Source of the DNA: Antedon mediterranea
Taxonomy: Eukaryota > Animalia > Echinodermata
DNA: 64,000 nt
NCBI RefSeq assembly: GCF_964355755.1
Contig: NC_092680.1
Span: 15,881,045 to 15,945,044 of the forward strand
Reading direction: 5' to 3'
Both the position numbers and the translations under genes were made by a program. The notes beneath the pieces are model-generated. The model ran no database searches. It was not told the DNA's origin and was given only the letters and a program-made list of their open reading frames with translations. Shown here piece by piece: positions 1 through 15,424 of the stretch (within the stretch, counting starts at the first letter, position 1; every line of letters starts with the position of its first letter).

Positions 1-3000
1 AACTGTATAGAATAGAAATAGCACAGCCTTGTTCAAATAAGTGGATATGTCACCATTAGGCTATATGTTTAATTAGCAGTAAACATAATGCCTAATCTGA
101 AATATTGAATTTAATATAAAGATACATCTAAACGATAAAAACATTCGGCGAGGAAATGACAACTAACACAGCAAATTAAGGAAACGATAATTCAGATAGC
201 ATAACAGGCAGTGGAAAACAAAATGTGTTTCATTGACCTTAGCAAACATTAGGATTAATCCTGGTCACATGATTAAATAACATGATATAACATATAATTC
301 CTCATCACGTTGTAAATTGAGAACATCCAGACGCTTCTGTATCCTCCATCCTAACTTAATTGCATCCTCAACTTCCCGCCAAAAGCACAACATCTTCAAA
401 AATAGAAAAACCATGAACTGTACTTTATCTGACAATAAAAAAGCAAAGTACTGAACACTGTAAATGGACAATTTGCTTTTATAGCAAGTAAGGAAATGTT
501 TGAAGATTTTAAAGTGCACACATTGAAAAAGGGTGCTCATGGTATGCTGTTGCATAAAAGGATTCACCATGTGTTTTCATTGTTTAATAATAGTTGCATT
601 ATCAAATAGTTTTGTATCCATTTTCACCAAAGTCTTCTGACAAACACTCATTCCCGTAGGAGTAAGAGTCAACACACGTTTCCTATTTTATTGATAGGCT
701 TACATCCTGCCATTTGTCACATATTGGTGATACTCTACATTCAGTAGTTACAATTTGGAGTTTCCATTTTACATTAGTAAATAAGATAGATAGATATCAC
801 ATTATTGACATGCCTATTTGCATTTCAAAGTTAAGTTATAAAGTTAACAAGAAATGACCATTATAGAATACTATGATTATGGCTGTAATAAATTATCATT
901 CCTAACAATACAGTAAAATAGTATCTACATGAATATTCTAGAATAACAGTATGTTTAGATTTAAGAAAACATGTATACTTAATATAAGAACAATCAGGAA
1001 CATTCCAGAAGTGATATTAATAGAAACTGTAATACAATAGAATAAGAAGTATAAGGAATGATCTAGAAGGTTATGAACATATTGTATATAAGGGGAAGTA
1101 TGACAATTGTAAGGAGGGAGAAGGATTTTGGATTGAAGCATTTATTTTGAAGAAGGTTGGAGAGGTTGGATATTCGAATTTAAAAGTTATTGTGAAGCTG
1201 TTATTTAAAGTGCTTACTGGATTGTTGAAAGTTGAAGTTGATTGAAATTTTGAGTTATTTTACAACTTTGTGGATTTTTGGTGTATACTTTTATGTCACA
1301 AGGGAGTTCCTAAAGTATTTTCAACCGCTCGGAAACATACGTAAAGGGAGTTCGTGACAATGGCTATCGACGTGTTGGTGCATAGCCGTGGTGTTAATAA
1401 TGCTGCTAAACATACTTTCTTAAAGCTATGTTCTATCAGATGGAGGGGAAAGATTGTAGCATTTGCTGACATCTGGATAAGAGATAACCGGACAGAGAAG
1501 GATGGGTTCGGCTTGATGATGCCTTCGCACTACATTTAGCACACAGTGGCTGAAATGATAATGACGGTGTTTGAAAATCTTAATTATTGTAATAACATTC
1601 GTTATATCACGCCATTTTTCATTCTGTTGCTGCCAATTTCAACTTAAATATACAAAATAATAAAAAGATAGATTGCAATCAATATTGATTGAAATCATGT
1701 AATCCAACAAAGTATATCAACTTGAAACACAGAGACTGGAAAAAGCTCAGTTCATTGTATCATTGAACCTAACAAACTCTCTCCTTGAGGGACTCTTTTC
1801 AATTTATAAAATAAAACATGGAAAATCAACATCATATTTTTAAAAATGAAAACATATCGTTATCATAAGTGTCACCATCTGAACCGAAAACTTTCACATT
1901 AGTTGTAAGACAACTTTTGCCTAATTCATTACGTTGATATCCGGCGAAAATCAAAACAGTTATTTCGACAATTTTGACATTTGGATCTTCTCAATTAATA
2001 ATAATGCAGTCTTATACTAATAACACATATTTTATATTAAATCTTAAAAACCTACAGTGTTTCGATATACAATATTACATTATTACCAAAGCATTCGTTA
2101 TATTATTCGTTATGTGATTTTGTACTGAAGGATCCGACGTCCTTCATCAGTGGTGCGAGTTCTTCCTCCCCACCCATCAGTCATTATTATCAAATAGGTC
2201 ATTGGACGACAGTATGAACCTTTTATAATTGTCCAATATCAAAACAAATCTGTTAGTAAATGCAACCAGTGTGCTATCATTGGCGCAGTCTCTCATATAC
2301 TTGCATAGAAAGCATGTGGATCTTATTAGCGCCTATGTATTTATTTGCACGTACACGTTTAACAGCATGCTTTGACACCTCCAGTGATGTCATTGTTATG
2401 GCACATGGACTGTTGCCTCAACTGTACTTGCCTAGGATTACTACCGAAGACGGTTTTAGAAAAAAAAAAACAGTTGTAAAGTAAAGAGATTCTTTATTTT
2501 TGAAAACATTGTATAATTATAGTGTACGCAACATTTAGATTTGCCTGTATTGAGTCTACGGTGGTATATAGCTTTATTTGTTCATATTTATTTTTTGAGC
2601 CATTGCTTATTTTAAGTTTATTCTGACAGTGCATTATAACATCTTCCTTCTAACTAGCTTTTGTAAAACCGTTTATGGAATTTCGTTAAATAAACTAATT
2701 GTTCAAGATGTGCAACAGTTTTTGGAAAAATTAACAATTCAACCAAAGGCATTTCTATCCACTCAGACGTTTTTTTCAAATGTCAATTATGTCGGTAACT
2801 ACTATAATCAGGCCTTCTATAAAGTTCATGTAGTGTAACTGCTCAATATGATTATACTCAATTTACTATCACGTGTTGTCATTCCTAAACCTAAAATTGG
2901 TCAGAAAGAGTCATTGTCTGCTACACTACTAGCTACAGACGGAGAGAGTCAGTATGATTTAACCAATGATATGATGACTTATCAGAGCCATAATCCGATG

Positions 3001-6000
3001 GGCTAATGACATTGCAATGCTAATAAAATATAATATTTCACATATATAACAAGTAGTTATAGGTGGTAACCACACGTACGTCATTTAACCTCCGTAAGTA
3101 CGTGATATCCTAGATACATTATGATATAATTTAAAGCTATCGTGAGAAAAAGAAGTTTTTACGAAAATCACAAATTTCCATTTTAAGGAATTAATTAATA
3201 CAACCAGTTTCAGTGATAGGTATATGATCACATGTAAATAGAGGAAATGACATAAAGATGAAAAGGTATGACATACGAAATGTTAAGTAAATCTCCCTCT
3301 TTCCTTATACTGTAATACACCATTATACCATTCTAACCTTGTAAATCAAATTAATAAATTAATGTTCAGCTTATATTGGCACCATAGAAGGAAGAGTTTT
3401 CCCTGATAGCACTCTTCCTGATGTTTGCTCTGGTATAACACAATCTAGCTATGTCAGTTACAATGTCAATGATTTACAAGATTGGGTTGAAGTAATTGGA
3501 CCACAAGGTTTTTTTTTTTGTTTTTTTACCATATTTAATGAGGGTGATCCATCCAGCAATTGCTGACCATTAGGGACCCTCAGAGGTTCACAAGACAAAC
3601 ATATACACAAGTCTTAGGGAGTGGAGTTGTAATTTTGTCCTTAGAAAAAAATAAATATATATAAAATATAACATTATTTATATGTATTACTAAGACCGGA
3701 AAGTTACTCAACCGCGTATATTGAACTACTGGACTGTCACGTACGAGAAACAAATTGCTCAGATATAGGACAGTACATAGGAAGTGCAACAGAACAATTG
3801 AAAGCTATGAACATGCGAATGTCTCAATAATTAGAATACATATTGCCTAAGACAAAATAATAAACTAAAAGACAGACTGTAAGGACTTCATATATTGTTA
3901 ATTGTAATCCGAAATAAATATTGCAAAGATCACCTTATTCATTTTGTATTATATATTATTAATTCTATAATTACAGTAGTAATTAACACCTTTGCTAAAT
4001 CATAGCGGTCGATACATACCTCTTAAAATGGACATCGACAAACATTATAACAGTTGTTAATGGTTAGCAGATGAAAAAGATAGACAGCACACTAAATACC
4101 AATTGATAATTAACATTTGTCTGAGTATAACTGATACTACCACAATAATACCACGTGATTTTTGTGACGTCATTAGGAAAAAACTTTTACCCAATAGAAA
4201 ACATTCAGAGTGTCGGCTATTCATTTAAATTTAAAGTAATAATAAATATATTATAACAAGTATAAAAGCTACACAATATTAACCCTTACACGACGATCTC
4301 ACACACACACACAAATAATAATGTTGACAAATACTGGAATGATTAGTGATTAACACAACAATGAATACAGACTGCATTGTTAAAATTAGATACAGAACTG
4401 TTGTTATCGTGTTTTTTAAACACTTTTTCACACAACCTCAATTAAAAACATTCCATAAGGTTCAGTGAATCGTTTGTCTTTAATCGAATTATATACATGG
4501 AATGATTAATTATATACCAAGTCGTACATCCTGACTAATAATGTTGGCGTGGTCATTTAAATCTAACCATGCCTTATATAGAATCACAGTATTAATGGTC
4601 AGCTACTGCATCAAGCTATGAGTAATCGTCAATATCCACATATGAATTGGCATCAGATGTCAGACAAATATCATATAGAAAGATTAGGGTGGAGATTGTA
4701 GATTGACGTGTTTCCGTCAAAATACGCGAATGGCGCTACAAGTGAAAAAAAAACCAACTAAAGTGATTGAAAACATTTAACGAATCGCTAGATCATCAAT
4801 AACAGGTATTCCAGTAGTCATAGTATTATAATAATAATAATAAAACTAATAATTACCTCTCTGTCTTCAGATGATAGAGGTGTGTTGACGGAATTCATGA
4901 TAAAGTTGTGAAACGTACAACATCTAACAAAATAAACATAATAATATTATTATTTAACGTTAATTCTAAAATGGTCAAGAATCGTGTTTTTAAATAATGG
5001 CCAGACACAGCCTTCACTATAACAAGAAACAAGGCTCTACAAATGATTGAAAATAACTATAAAAGATATAACAAGTATATCATAATTATCTCAATGTTGT
5101 CCCTTGCTATTATCATCTTCATATAGTAGCCGTGCTTACACATTTTGTTTTTACATTCAAGTTCAAACTAAAAAAAACTCTTCATTGAGAACCCCAGAAA
5201 ACAAACGTTTAATTAATTATTTGTATTATATTTATGTTTATTTCAACTGATTTTTAAATCGTACACTTGTTTCTATTATTAATTGTTATGTGTCATGAGG
5301 AGGGGCAACAGTGACGGACTTATTTGTGTCTCTGTTCGTCCCTCGACAAAACAACATTATACACTGTTGTTTTTTGTTTTGTTTTTATACGTTGAAGTTT
5401 GATAATTTTAGTCACAATAAACGTTGAATTTAATTGATTTTAATATTTATATAGGATGGCCGTCATTGTACCTTATGGGTGATGTATGGAAATCACGAAG
5501 ACACAAACGTGTTTCCGAAGTATAATTGAAAGGGGAAAGAGTACACAGGCACTAAAATACTCTAAATTATGCGTATGTGTGTATAGCTGTTATTTTAATC
5601 CTTCACGTATGTCGGAATACATTAAGTAGACATACTGTTTTTAGAACCAATAATTTAGTTTGACAATACTTCCTTATTACTAACGCTACAAACTCTAATA
5701 CATCTTTCAAATGTTGTGTATGTAAAAAAGGAACGTGATACATAATCAACCAATCAAATGGCGATGATACATTTCGAGACACTTTCCGTGCATTTTTGGA
5801 CGTTAGTAAAATAATGCATACACATTACTTTAAAAACATTAAAACAGATCATTCCTGGTCTTAAATGTACGTTTTATGGTTATTATGGTAACAAGAGAAA
5901 AACAATACACTACTATTTAAGTAGCTCGTGTCGAATGTTCTATCGTGAACTAGTATGCTCTTATGGTTTTGTTAGGCCTAACTGGTAAACAGCGGTAACG

Positions 6001-6012
6001 TCAACGTTGTAC

Positions 6013-6040
6013 CATGGAGGTATAAAATTATACCTCCATG
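6013..6040. mobile_element. 28-bp TIR-only mini-element (P/Galileo-type ends)
   Basis: Palindrome CATGGAGGTATAA-AA-TTATACCTCCATG flanked by an exact 7-bp direct repeat GTTGTAC (6006-6012, 6041-6047). A related palindrome occurs at 30516-30537 and ~53092-53113. Confidence 0.7.
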
Positions 6041-6149
6041 GTTGTACTATAGCTATAATATGCCAAGCACGGCGTTGCTGTTACTTTTATTTTTTGTGAC
6101 AAAAGAAGCAGTATTTTCGCTGACATGTTACGGTTCTTTCATTTGATTT

Positions 6150-6255
6150 GCGATCGATCGAAATTGGGTGCATCACAGAAAAAAAACCCGAAAATATCAA
6201 TCCGCGCGCAATACATGTTGATATTTATAGCGAGCCGCTTACATTATTTGAATCA
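6150..6255. repeat. Dispersed repeat fragment; inverted copy at ~38931-39018
   Basis: GAAAATATCAATCCGCGCGCAATACATGTTGATATTTATAGCG matches, with mismatches, the reverse complement of ~38950-38995. Confidence 0.65.
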
Positions 6256-6290
6256 CCTTTGTTATCCGCAACAGGCCCATATAGTATATA

Positions 6291-6422
6291 AAAACAAGGC
6301 CATACACATGGCTGGCCCAGTCGCGTGCGCACACTTGAGTAGTGTTTACCGATCAACAGACCAACCAAACGACCGACATAGTGAGCTATATAATCGCGTT
6401 ACACGCGCAAGCGACTACAAAA
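6291..6422 (-). mobile_element. Mini HINE (non-autonomous Helentron/DINE-1-like), ~130 bp
   Basis: Minus strand reads TTTTGTAGTCGC...CACTATGTCGGTCG, a degenerate GGTY microsatellite, subTIR CACGCGACT, hairpin GCCATGTGTATGGC and CTTGTTTT. Same ends as the element at 14129-14943. Confidence 0.75.
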
Positions 6423-7180
6423 TAATGCAGTGAAAGATTTTTGTTTTGGTTAAACGTTAATAACCATATGCTTACCCGTCACAACGTCATCACTAATATT
6501 TATACAATGATATCGTAATGGTTTGTAAAATGAATGCCCTAGTTTTATGAAATACCCAAATGTGTAAATCACAAAATCGAAGTTAGGCCTGATATTTTCT
6601 TGCTTGGTCATGTTAAAACTTGCTAACATATAACAAAAGAGTCGTTTCATCCCCGTTGACTGATATCTTAATCAGCCTAAAGCAGCCATGACCTTCTGAT
6701 AATGTTCTTTACACCTTACATGATTTGCATTTTATTCGTGCAATCATGATGTATTAGTTTTAAAATAAAAAATGAAATAAGAGAGTTGTGTATTATTATT
6801 TCTGGTATCGAACTCTTTACATATCTTCAAAGCTAATTATTAAATTACATTAACTTTATTTTGAAATTAGGAACAATAAATTGTTAGTGCACTAAAATAT
6901 AATAAATTAAAAAGCCTATCAAATATTCCATTCGTCCGGTTTATTGTCTGAATAGTTCTCTTGAGTCAAAATAATTCAGGCAGTCTGATTTATTGTTTAG
7001 ATAGGGAGTCTTGTTGAGTCATACACAATTCCACCGTATATCTATTATTGATATCTAAACTAGTATATGTCTGTGCAAATAAAACTTATACCATTCTTAA
7101 ATGTATTCATGGGATACTTTAGTTCCGACGGTAGCCATATTAAAGGTTCTACTGTAGATTAAATTCAATCTTTTAAAATA

Positions 7181-7692
7181 AAACATTTCAACCGTCTATT
7201 TTTATTTTAAAGTGCTTGCCATACACAAGGTACATATTGAATGAGAGATACGTCTTATGCCATGTTTTATTTAGGTGTAATGCATTAGGATGATAATTAA
7301 AACACTTTATATTAAAACATTTCAACCGCCTATTTTTATTTTAAAGTGCTTGTCATAATAAGGTACATCTTGAATGAGAGAAATGCCTTATGCCATGTTT
7401 TATTTAGGTGTTATGCATTAGGATGATAATTTAAAAACTTTATATTAACACTTTTCAACCGCCTATTTTTATTTTAAAGTGCTTGTCATAATAAGGTACA
7501 TCTTGAATGAGAGAAATGCCTTATGCCATGTTTTATTTGTGTCATGCAATAGGATGATAATTAAACTTTATATTAAAACTTTTCAACCGCCTATTTTTAT
7601 TTTAAAGTGCTTGTCATAAGGGACATCTTGAATGAGACAAATGCCTTATGCCATGTTTTATTTAGGTGTCATGCATTTAATGATGGTAATTA
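7181..7692. repeat. Tandem minisatellite, ~130-bp unit x ~4
   Basis: Unit TTTCAACCGCCTATTTTTATTTTAAAGTGCTTG...GCCATGTTTTATTTAGGTG recurs at ~7186, 7320, 7453 and 7581. Confidence 0.9.
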
Positions 7693-10600
7693 AAGAAGAG
7701 GTGCATTCTCAGTATCATCAATATTTAACTGTAATACTATTTGTCAAACCAATTTCATCAATTTAAACGAAAGTGTAATTATTAGTATGTCTATATTGTT
7801 AATAACAATGTCAAAGATTACAATAATATTATTTTGACACTGAAAGTAGATATTAACTCAATTGATGTGGTGTCATCTGCAATTTGACAAAATTAATATT
7901 GATAATGATGTCTGTTTGAACACAATAATAGCAATTTAATAAACAAAATAAAGTGATTTAATAATTGTTGTTATAGCAAGGACGGTGAGCTATTAACAGT
8001 CCTTGTGTATGGTGTGAAGTCAAAGTTATTTTGTGGGTGAAATCGACCTGAATTATGAATTATGTGTTAACGTAAAATGTCATAATATGCAATGTTGAAC
8101 TTGACATTGAAGGTTATTTAAGTTGGTTTAACGTGTTTTAGAGTTGTGTAGTAGTCGCTAGGCGCGTGGCCCATTACATCATAATTTGTACAAGGTTTTG
8201 AAATTCTTCAAAACGATCCATACATAAATATTTATAAATAGTATACAGTTCACAGTTTTATTGAAAATAATATCGAGTAGTACTTTTGAGTTCATATGGT
8301 GTCCGGTAGAAAATAACTTAGTTAAATGGCATCCGGCCGTCCGTAGAGGGCCTAATTCGAATTTCCTCTGTTTCCAGTTAAGCTTGAGGACCAGTATAAA
8401 TACATTTACCTTTCAATTATCTGTAATAGAGTTTACCGAATAAAATAGGCCTTCAAATGAGGAAATCGAAGACAATGGTTAAATAATATTTTGCAATAAA
8501 AGAAATCCCCATTATGGTTAGAAAATACTGCGCAATATGATATAAAAAAAAAAAAAACACAAAAAACGTTTTCTTTTTGTTTGTATTTTTTAATAAATAA
8601 ATTTCAATTCTGTGTGTACTAGCTGTTTGCTAAGCTGATATAATTATACTCTTCCTTAATTAGGTAAGTTATCAGCATAGCATTGCCTATACACATGTAT
8701 ATCAACCACGGTTCGCTCTATCTTTTTTAACATACAGGTACACTGTAACAAAAACCTGAAAAGGGTATCCTACTTAATAAATACACCTGTTAGATACTTC
8801 TTGTTGGATTAAGTATTTACAAAAAAAAAAAAAGATTTTACAGTGTTGTAAACATATGGTACGTATAACAGTGCTTGGTTTTTATTTTTATATATTTCAA
8901 AAAAGAAACGAAGATTAATATTGTGTTGTGAATCAGTAGAAAAATGTAAAATCACACGTTCGCTATGATAAATAGGAAACAATATACTTAATACATAAAA
9001 TGCAATATCATCGTCCGATGTACTTAGCATACTATTCATTTGAAATAATTCCGACAAGAGGTAATTCGAAGAATGCCGATTAGAATGATGACTTTATCAA
9101 TATTTGTGTAATCTGATAATTAATTGATGATAAAAATTAGTATTTATAGTGTAAATATTGTGCTAACTATATTGTGTAGTCATATCAATCTATTAACGAT
9201 CAGCCAAAAATAAAAGACAGCAATTGATCATCAATTATCAATCTCATTACAAAGAAATGATTAAAGACTACAGTATTAATATATTTTTCAATCAAATTTT
9301 TCTTTTTACTTTTGTTGTATTGAAAGGAAACAAGTCATACCATGTCTATACCAGTCTATAGATAATCTTTCTCTCGCTATTATTTTAGATTCATTGAATG
9401 GAGAGAATGTTCCATTCGTTGAAAGTTTGAATGTTGTTTGACTCTGTCTAGTTCAATAGAACATTAGATCTTTCAACTCATAAACTATTCTCAACATCCA
9501 ACTTATAAACATTAATTATTATATAATTAATACATAGATGATCAACATCTTGAAATTTTATAATAAAATGTTATACAATAATCAATTATCGATGTTATTG
9601 TGTCTATAGTAGAAACTAGCAAAGAAAACTATTGTGCGTATAGTATATTTACTGCGGACAGCACATTAAACAAAATGTGAATATACAATATTAGGATTAA
9701 TAGAAGAAAAAAAAAAGAATTTAGTATTATAATGAAATTGTTACAAGGACTGTTACTGATATTCATAAACACCTGATAAAAATGATGATGATCTGGTAGC
9801 ATTGGCACATCACTTTTTTTCCAAAACTAATGACATTATTTATTTCTATCTGTCTTTTATTATTAAATTGCACTCGTTCTGCTGTTTGGAAAGATGGCCA
9901 CCTCATACATACAACCAACACCGGTAGTAACTAATAGACCTATAAAATCTTTCTCACACTTTTGTCAAACACCCTTGACTTGTTTAATTTGATATAGATA
10001 TTTTAAACTTGTTCAATTTATTTAAATGCATTCGGATTTATATAACAATTGTCTCAGTATTTTTATGGCAACCATGAGATTGTTTAACAAAATGTGAATC
10101 TAATCGTTCTCTTCTTTTTACTCGAAATTAGGGATTATTCCCCACTATTAAGAGCCAACCACATATCAGCATACTAAAAAACGACTACAACATTGTTTTC
10201 TTTATACACTGCCTGAAACTTTTTATGAAAACACGAGCGAATTCTAGTTTGTAAAATATATATACATGTTTGGAGTTTGCATTACAAAATGTAATAACGT
10301 TTGCTAGTGTAAAATATAGGCTTAATGATAAAATCAGTATAATGATGAAAGACAGAGGCAGAGGGAATCAGATGATCACATAAAGGATACACTCTTTCTT
10401 CCTCCGGCAAATCGTACCCACGGGGATCAGTCCTTCTCCTTGTGGCTGGTCCCCGTACGAGGAACATACTGTACTTCTACAGCATATTCATTAGGCATCA
10501 AATTAATTAATTAATAAAAACTCCTAAAATCACACTGTTTTAATAACATTGCTTAACATTAACATTTGTTTTAGTTATTTGTAGTACAATGCTCCTTGAA

Positions 10601-13600
10601 AATTGTTTGATAAGGAAGGCGCAATATAAAATGGTTTATGTGTGTAAAAGAATAGTGTATCGCATTAGGTCCCCCGCTTACATCAAGTGTAATGATAAGA
10701 ATACAAAAAAATAACTTAAAGAATGTAATGTTTACTTATCATATTGAATAGTTATTTTCTTGTTACGTTGTTTGAATGTGATTGAATATACAAATGTAAA
10801 AGGGAAATATAATTGAATAATACGACCCAATATTATATACTTTCTTTAAAGCAGGATGATAAAAATAATTTTAAAAGTGGAAATTAAAGTAATTCAGAAC
10901 TTCAGATTAGTACGAAAAAACGTATAGTTGATATTTTATTAGAGATATCTTGTTTCCTTTACTTGCATAAGCCAACTAAAAATAAAAAGCAATATATTTG
11001 TAGGATTATTATTTAATTACTCTGGGAAACGTTTAATTCAAGTAAATAGTTAATAACGATATCCTCTACGGTAAATTAGTATAGATGCATTAAATCGAAT
11101 GAGACAGTGCCTTTAGGTAAACTTTCAATGTGTGTGTGTTTTTTTTCCCAATACTATTAATTTACAGAATAATGCAATTGACAAAACTACATTTTTAACG
11201 TGTAACTTATGATTACGCCTCTTCAAAGTAAAACTTATATTTCTTGGCAAAATAATTAATTGCATTCAGGTTTATTTTTAGGTATATTATTGGATTATTC
11301 AAACTTAAGCGAAATATTGTCCTTAAACAATACTTATCTTACTTTGCTAAGCCATATAGTATTTTACTTAAAAAATTCCTTTCAGGTACATTAATTTAGT
11401 TATTAAGAGAATTTAAGTGTAAAAGTTCACCAAACATGTCATTAAATTTTTTCTTAAACCGTCTGATTTTATACTATTATTAACATTGGTTTTAGTTTCC
11501 TTTTTAATTTCTATATTAAAACAGGAACGAGACATGACGTCATAGAGTTTCAATCGACATGAGGATAGAAAAGTACCTATATTAATAATATAATATAAGT
11601 AATATATTTCGAATTTATTATAATTGATATAGTTAAATAGAACTAATCTTAATTTGTAGACCTTAACACTATCGTATTTATTTAGATGAGAATACACACA
11701 ATGAAAAAACAGTAGCAGCCACGTAAGCATCAAAATGACGTTTAACATTATCAAACATGACAGGGGCAAGAACAACATATTGTCACATGTCATAAACAAA
11801 ATTTGTCTAATTTTATGACCATAATACTACAGGAAGTTATACATCAAAACATTAATGAAATTGGAAACACATTTTAATTATCTACCGTCAACATTTTCTC
11901 CAAAGTCATTCTCTTCTCACACCTAACTTGTGAATTTTAATTTCCGATGAAAAGCAGATTCTCTATTTAGTTCTTAGGCAATACTAGGTCACTATTATTA
12001 TTAGGTTTAAAATCGTTATTTTCAATGAAGCATAATAAGTTCGGGTAAAATAATAGAAAACATACTAGTATATCCATCCTTGGTAAACAGCTGTTATTTA
12101 AGGAAAGAAGCAAACATGATGAATCATTCTACTACTAGAAAGTATATAAATAGGTTCAGAGTATAAACGATCATTTTTGACACATTTAAAAGAAACGAAA
12201 TGAATGTATGAATACAAATTCAATGTTCATATAGTTTATATTAAAATGGACAACAAAAATGAACTCAAAATGTGAAAGTAAATAGTCAAAGAGCAAACTG
12301 CCGAACTTTAAGAAAACACTTTTTTTTTGTCCAAAATTATTGGTAAAGTAGACGCAAAGTAAATTTTCAAATATAAATGTTAGTATAAATCGAGTGACGA
12401 CAAAAAAGTGTGAGTTGATCTCATAATTTTCAAATACAAAATTAGGCAAAATTTTGCTATAAAAACAAGTAATACTGTTTTCAGTTATTTAATTCAAGCT
12501 GCTGTTACCGTTATAGCGTGAATCGACAGAAAATGAAAACATAGACTCGTCTGTGTAGTAGGCATATGATGTTTGTGTAGTAAACTAAGGCATGTATGTG
12601 TATGAGGTTTAAACATAATGTCTGTGTAGTAGGCCTAAGCATGTCTGTATAGTAAGTTTAAGCCTGTTTGTTTAGTAGGCCCTTTGGCGATAGTAGTCTT
12701 TGACAGCAATAGCTTGTAATAACAATTACCCACCCAATTGTGGTTATAATTGTTGATATAGTGCTAAAATAAATTGAAATAAATTTTGAGTTTGACAAGA
12801 TTACGTTAGTGATGGACATTAGTATGTTCGGGCGTATCATTATCATCATAATTTTACAGCAACAAGCAAAACTGTTACAACTAACGACAGAGTGTAGGCC
12901 CTGTTATTGAAATATTTGGGATATATTGTTAATTTAAAAACTTACACAAATAAACTTATTGTGTTCCAATGATATACTTATTAAATGAATTATATAACTT
13001 GTATACTTTAAGGTAGTAAACTAATGTAAAATATATTTTAAACGAAATTCATTTTTCTATAATGTATTAATATCATCGAGAAATAAAATATGTATCAATT
13101 CGAGGAAGTTAAAAGTACGCCCTCTAATTGAAAACAAATTAGATGTATTGTTCGGCATAATAGAGGGCGAACTAACGACATTGAATGGCAGATTTGTTTA
13201 TGGGTTATTTATAAAATTGTCAATCGTTAATTTCATAAAAAATGTTCAATACACATTATTTAAAAAGATAAAGATTGATTTATTTTAGCGTCCAATTTCA
13301 ATAAAAACATTCTTATTTTTATTCCTTAAAGACAATACAAACATAACATAAAACGTGAAAGTGGAGCACTAAGGAGAAACAAAAGCTGTCAAAGACTACT
13401 ATCGCCAAAGGGCCTACTAAACAAACAGGCTTAAACTTACTATACAGACATTTTTTTTTAAATTTATTTATTTATTTTTTTATTTCATTTCATCACATAC
13501 ATAATACAAAATTAATATATAAAGGCAACGTAATTATTAAAACGATATAATACTCTCTCAAAAATAAAAGAGTAATGAAATTAAAGAAAAAAAAATAATA

Positions 13601-14128
13601 ATGTATCGCAAAAATACACTTAATAATAATCATTTTGCTAATAATATGGTTGCCTTGTATTTTTGGTAAATGTGAAATAAATGATTATAATTAAGTAATT
13701 GTTTTTTGATTTTGCAACTAAATATGTACCACTTTGTAATTAAAATTAAAATGTTTGCATCACTGTGTGTTTTTCCAAAACCAAAACATATACTTTCTTT
13801 GGTGATAATTAAGTTATTGTTGATATTTCGATACATATATTGTTTTACATTTTCCCAAATTTTCTCTACCAGATCACATTCAAAGAACATATGTAGCAGT
13901 GTTTCCTGCTTTTCCTTGCAAAAACTACACATTGGTGAATCGACCTTTGACATCTTAAAGAGCATTGTATTTGTATAAATTATACGATGAATAAATTTAA
14001 ATTGAACATTTTTTAGCTTAGTGTCATTTGTACAGGCGTGTAAATTTGAGAAAAGGTTTTTCCAATTAAGTTTGTTGTCAAACTCCTTTTCCCATTTGGA
14101 TTCAATTCCAATTGGCTCTTCAATATTT

Positions 14129-14943
14129 TTAGTCGCGTGGAAGCGACTCTATAGTTCACTATGTCGGTCGGTCGGTCTGTCTGTCGGTCTGTCTGTCAGT
14201 CTGTCTGTCTGTCGGTCCGGTATCACTATGCGTTTTATCGCTTTCTGACCTTATCTTGATATCAGTTTAATCTAGCTAGGTCAATTTTTCACAGTATATT
14301 CCTTATGGCCAGGAATCAATGTGGTTAAGTTTTCACGGTGCGCAATAAAAAATTACGCGGTCTACGCACGATTTAACGAAATCACGTTTGTAATCATATC
14401 TTCACAACCATGAATCACAATTAAATAAAATTTGGTACTCATAAATTTCAGGGCATAAATCATCATATGGCAATACAATTACGTGCGTAGCGCATGTAAC
14501 GCATGCGTACGCGCGCTTAACATTTTCAAAATTTATTTTCGATGAAATAAGAGTACATTTCAGGCAATTTTAAGCGTTTACAAAATTGCCATGAGTGCGC
14601 ATATTTTTGCGCGCGCACTGCGCGTTAAATGTTAGTGCGCACTCTTTTTGCCCGATTTCTGTTTTCTTGACTTACTTTTCAACTCGAAATTACGTTATAC
14701 GAGCACGTCGAAAGTGACAGGCTACGCACGTGTAAATTTAAAAAAAATAAATGTTTTTAAACATTTCAACATTTTTAAACATGTTCAGTAATTTCGGTCA
14801 GTATAGTTCACTATGTCGGTCGGTCGATCTCTCTGTCTGTCTGTCTGTCTGTCTGTCGGTCTGTCGGTCTGTCTGTCGGTCTGTCTGTCGGTCCGGTATC
14901 ACTATGCATTGTAGCACGCGACTTAATGGCTGTTGGCCTTGTT
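14129..14943 (+). mobile_element. HINE (Helentron-associated non-autonomous element), ~815 bp, inserted in the LINE
   Basis: 5' subTIR AGTCGCGTG with nearby inverted GCGACT, (GTCY/GGTC)n blocks at ~14163-14220 and ~14815-14896, 3' subTIR CACGCGACT (14915-14923) and a short hairpin. Inserted in a T-run with no clear TSD; removing it restores LINE reading HIILKNIEEPIGIESKW. Confidence 0.85.
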
Positions 14944-15424
14944 TAATATAATGTGTTTATAGATATAATGACAATTTCTCGTTTTCACAGAAATGAATGT
15001 CTGTAATTTGGATTCAACTTCATTAGTTGTGTTTATACCTTGTTCAATTAATTTCTGTTTCCAGAGCTTTGGAATTGAATTTACAATCTGGTGATATAAT
15101 AAGAAGTCTGGTTTAAAATTATATTTTTGGTTAAATTCGTCTAGTTCTAATATTTTCCCTTCTTTGTTCACGATATCTTTTACATAGTTTACATTTTTAA
15201 CCAACCAATTGTTTTCAACTTTAAATTCTCTTTTATCAAAACATGAGTTGTTCCATAAAGATTGATTTAAGATGTCCTCTATCGTATACGGTTCTACAAA
15301 ATTGTATTCACTCCACGCAGAGAGTATATCTTTATAGAACCTTTCAAATTGTTTTAATATTTTTGAAGATTTAGAAAAGTTGGTTTCGAAAACAATATTT
15401 CCTCCAACCTCTTTAATCGTACTT

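Noticed and set aside
2125-2151. Possible hammerhead ribozyme (CTGATGA + stem on minus strand); similar words at 38498, 39375 and 42916
   Set aside because: No GAAA core follows stem II, and stems I and III cannot be built.
4857-4923. Minus-strand exon-like segment (MNSVNTPLSSEDRE with AG/GT flanks); other exon-like pieces at 290-395, 1300-1615 and 10350-10470
   Set aside because: The splice signals are plausible, but there is no recognisable protein and no consistent exon chain without transcript data.
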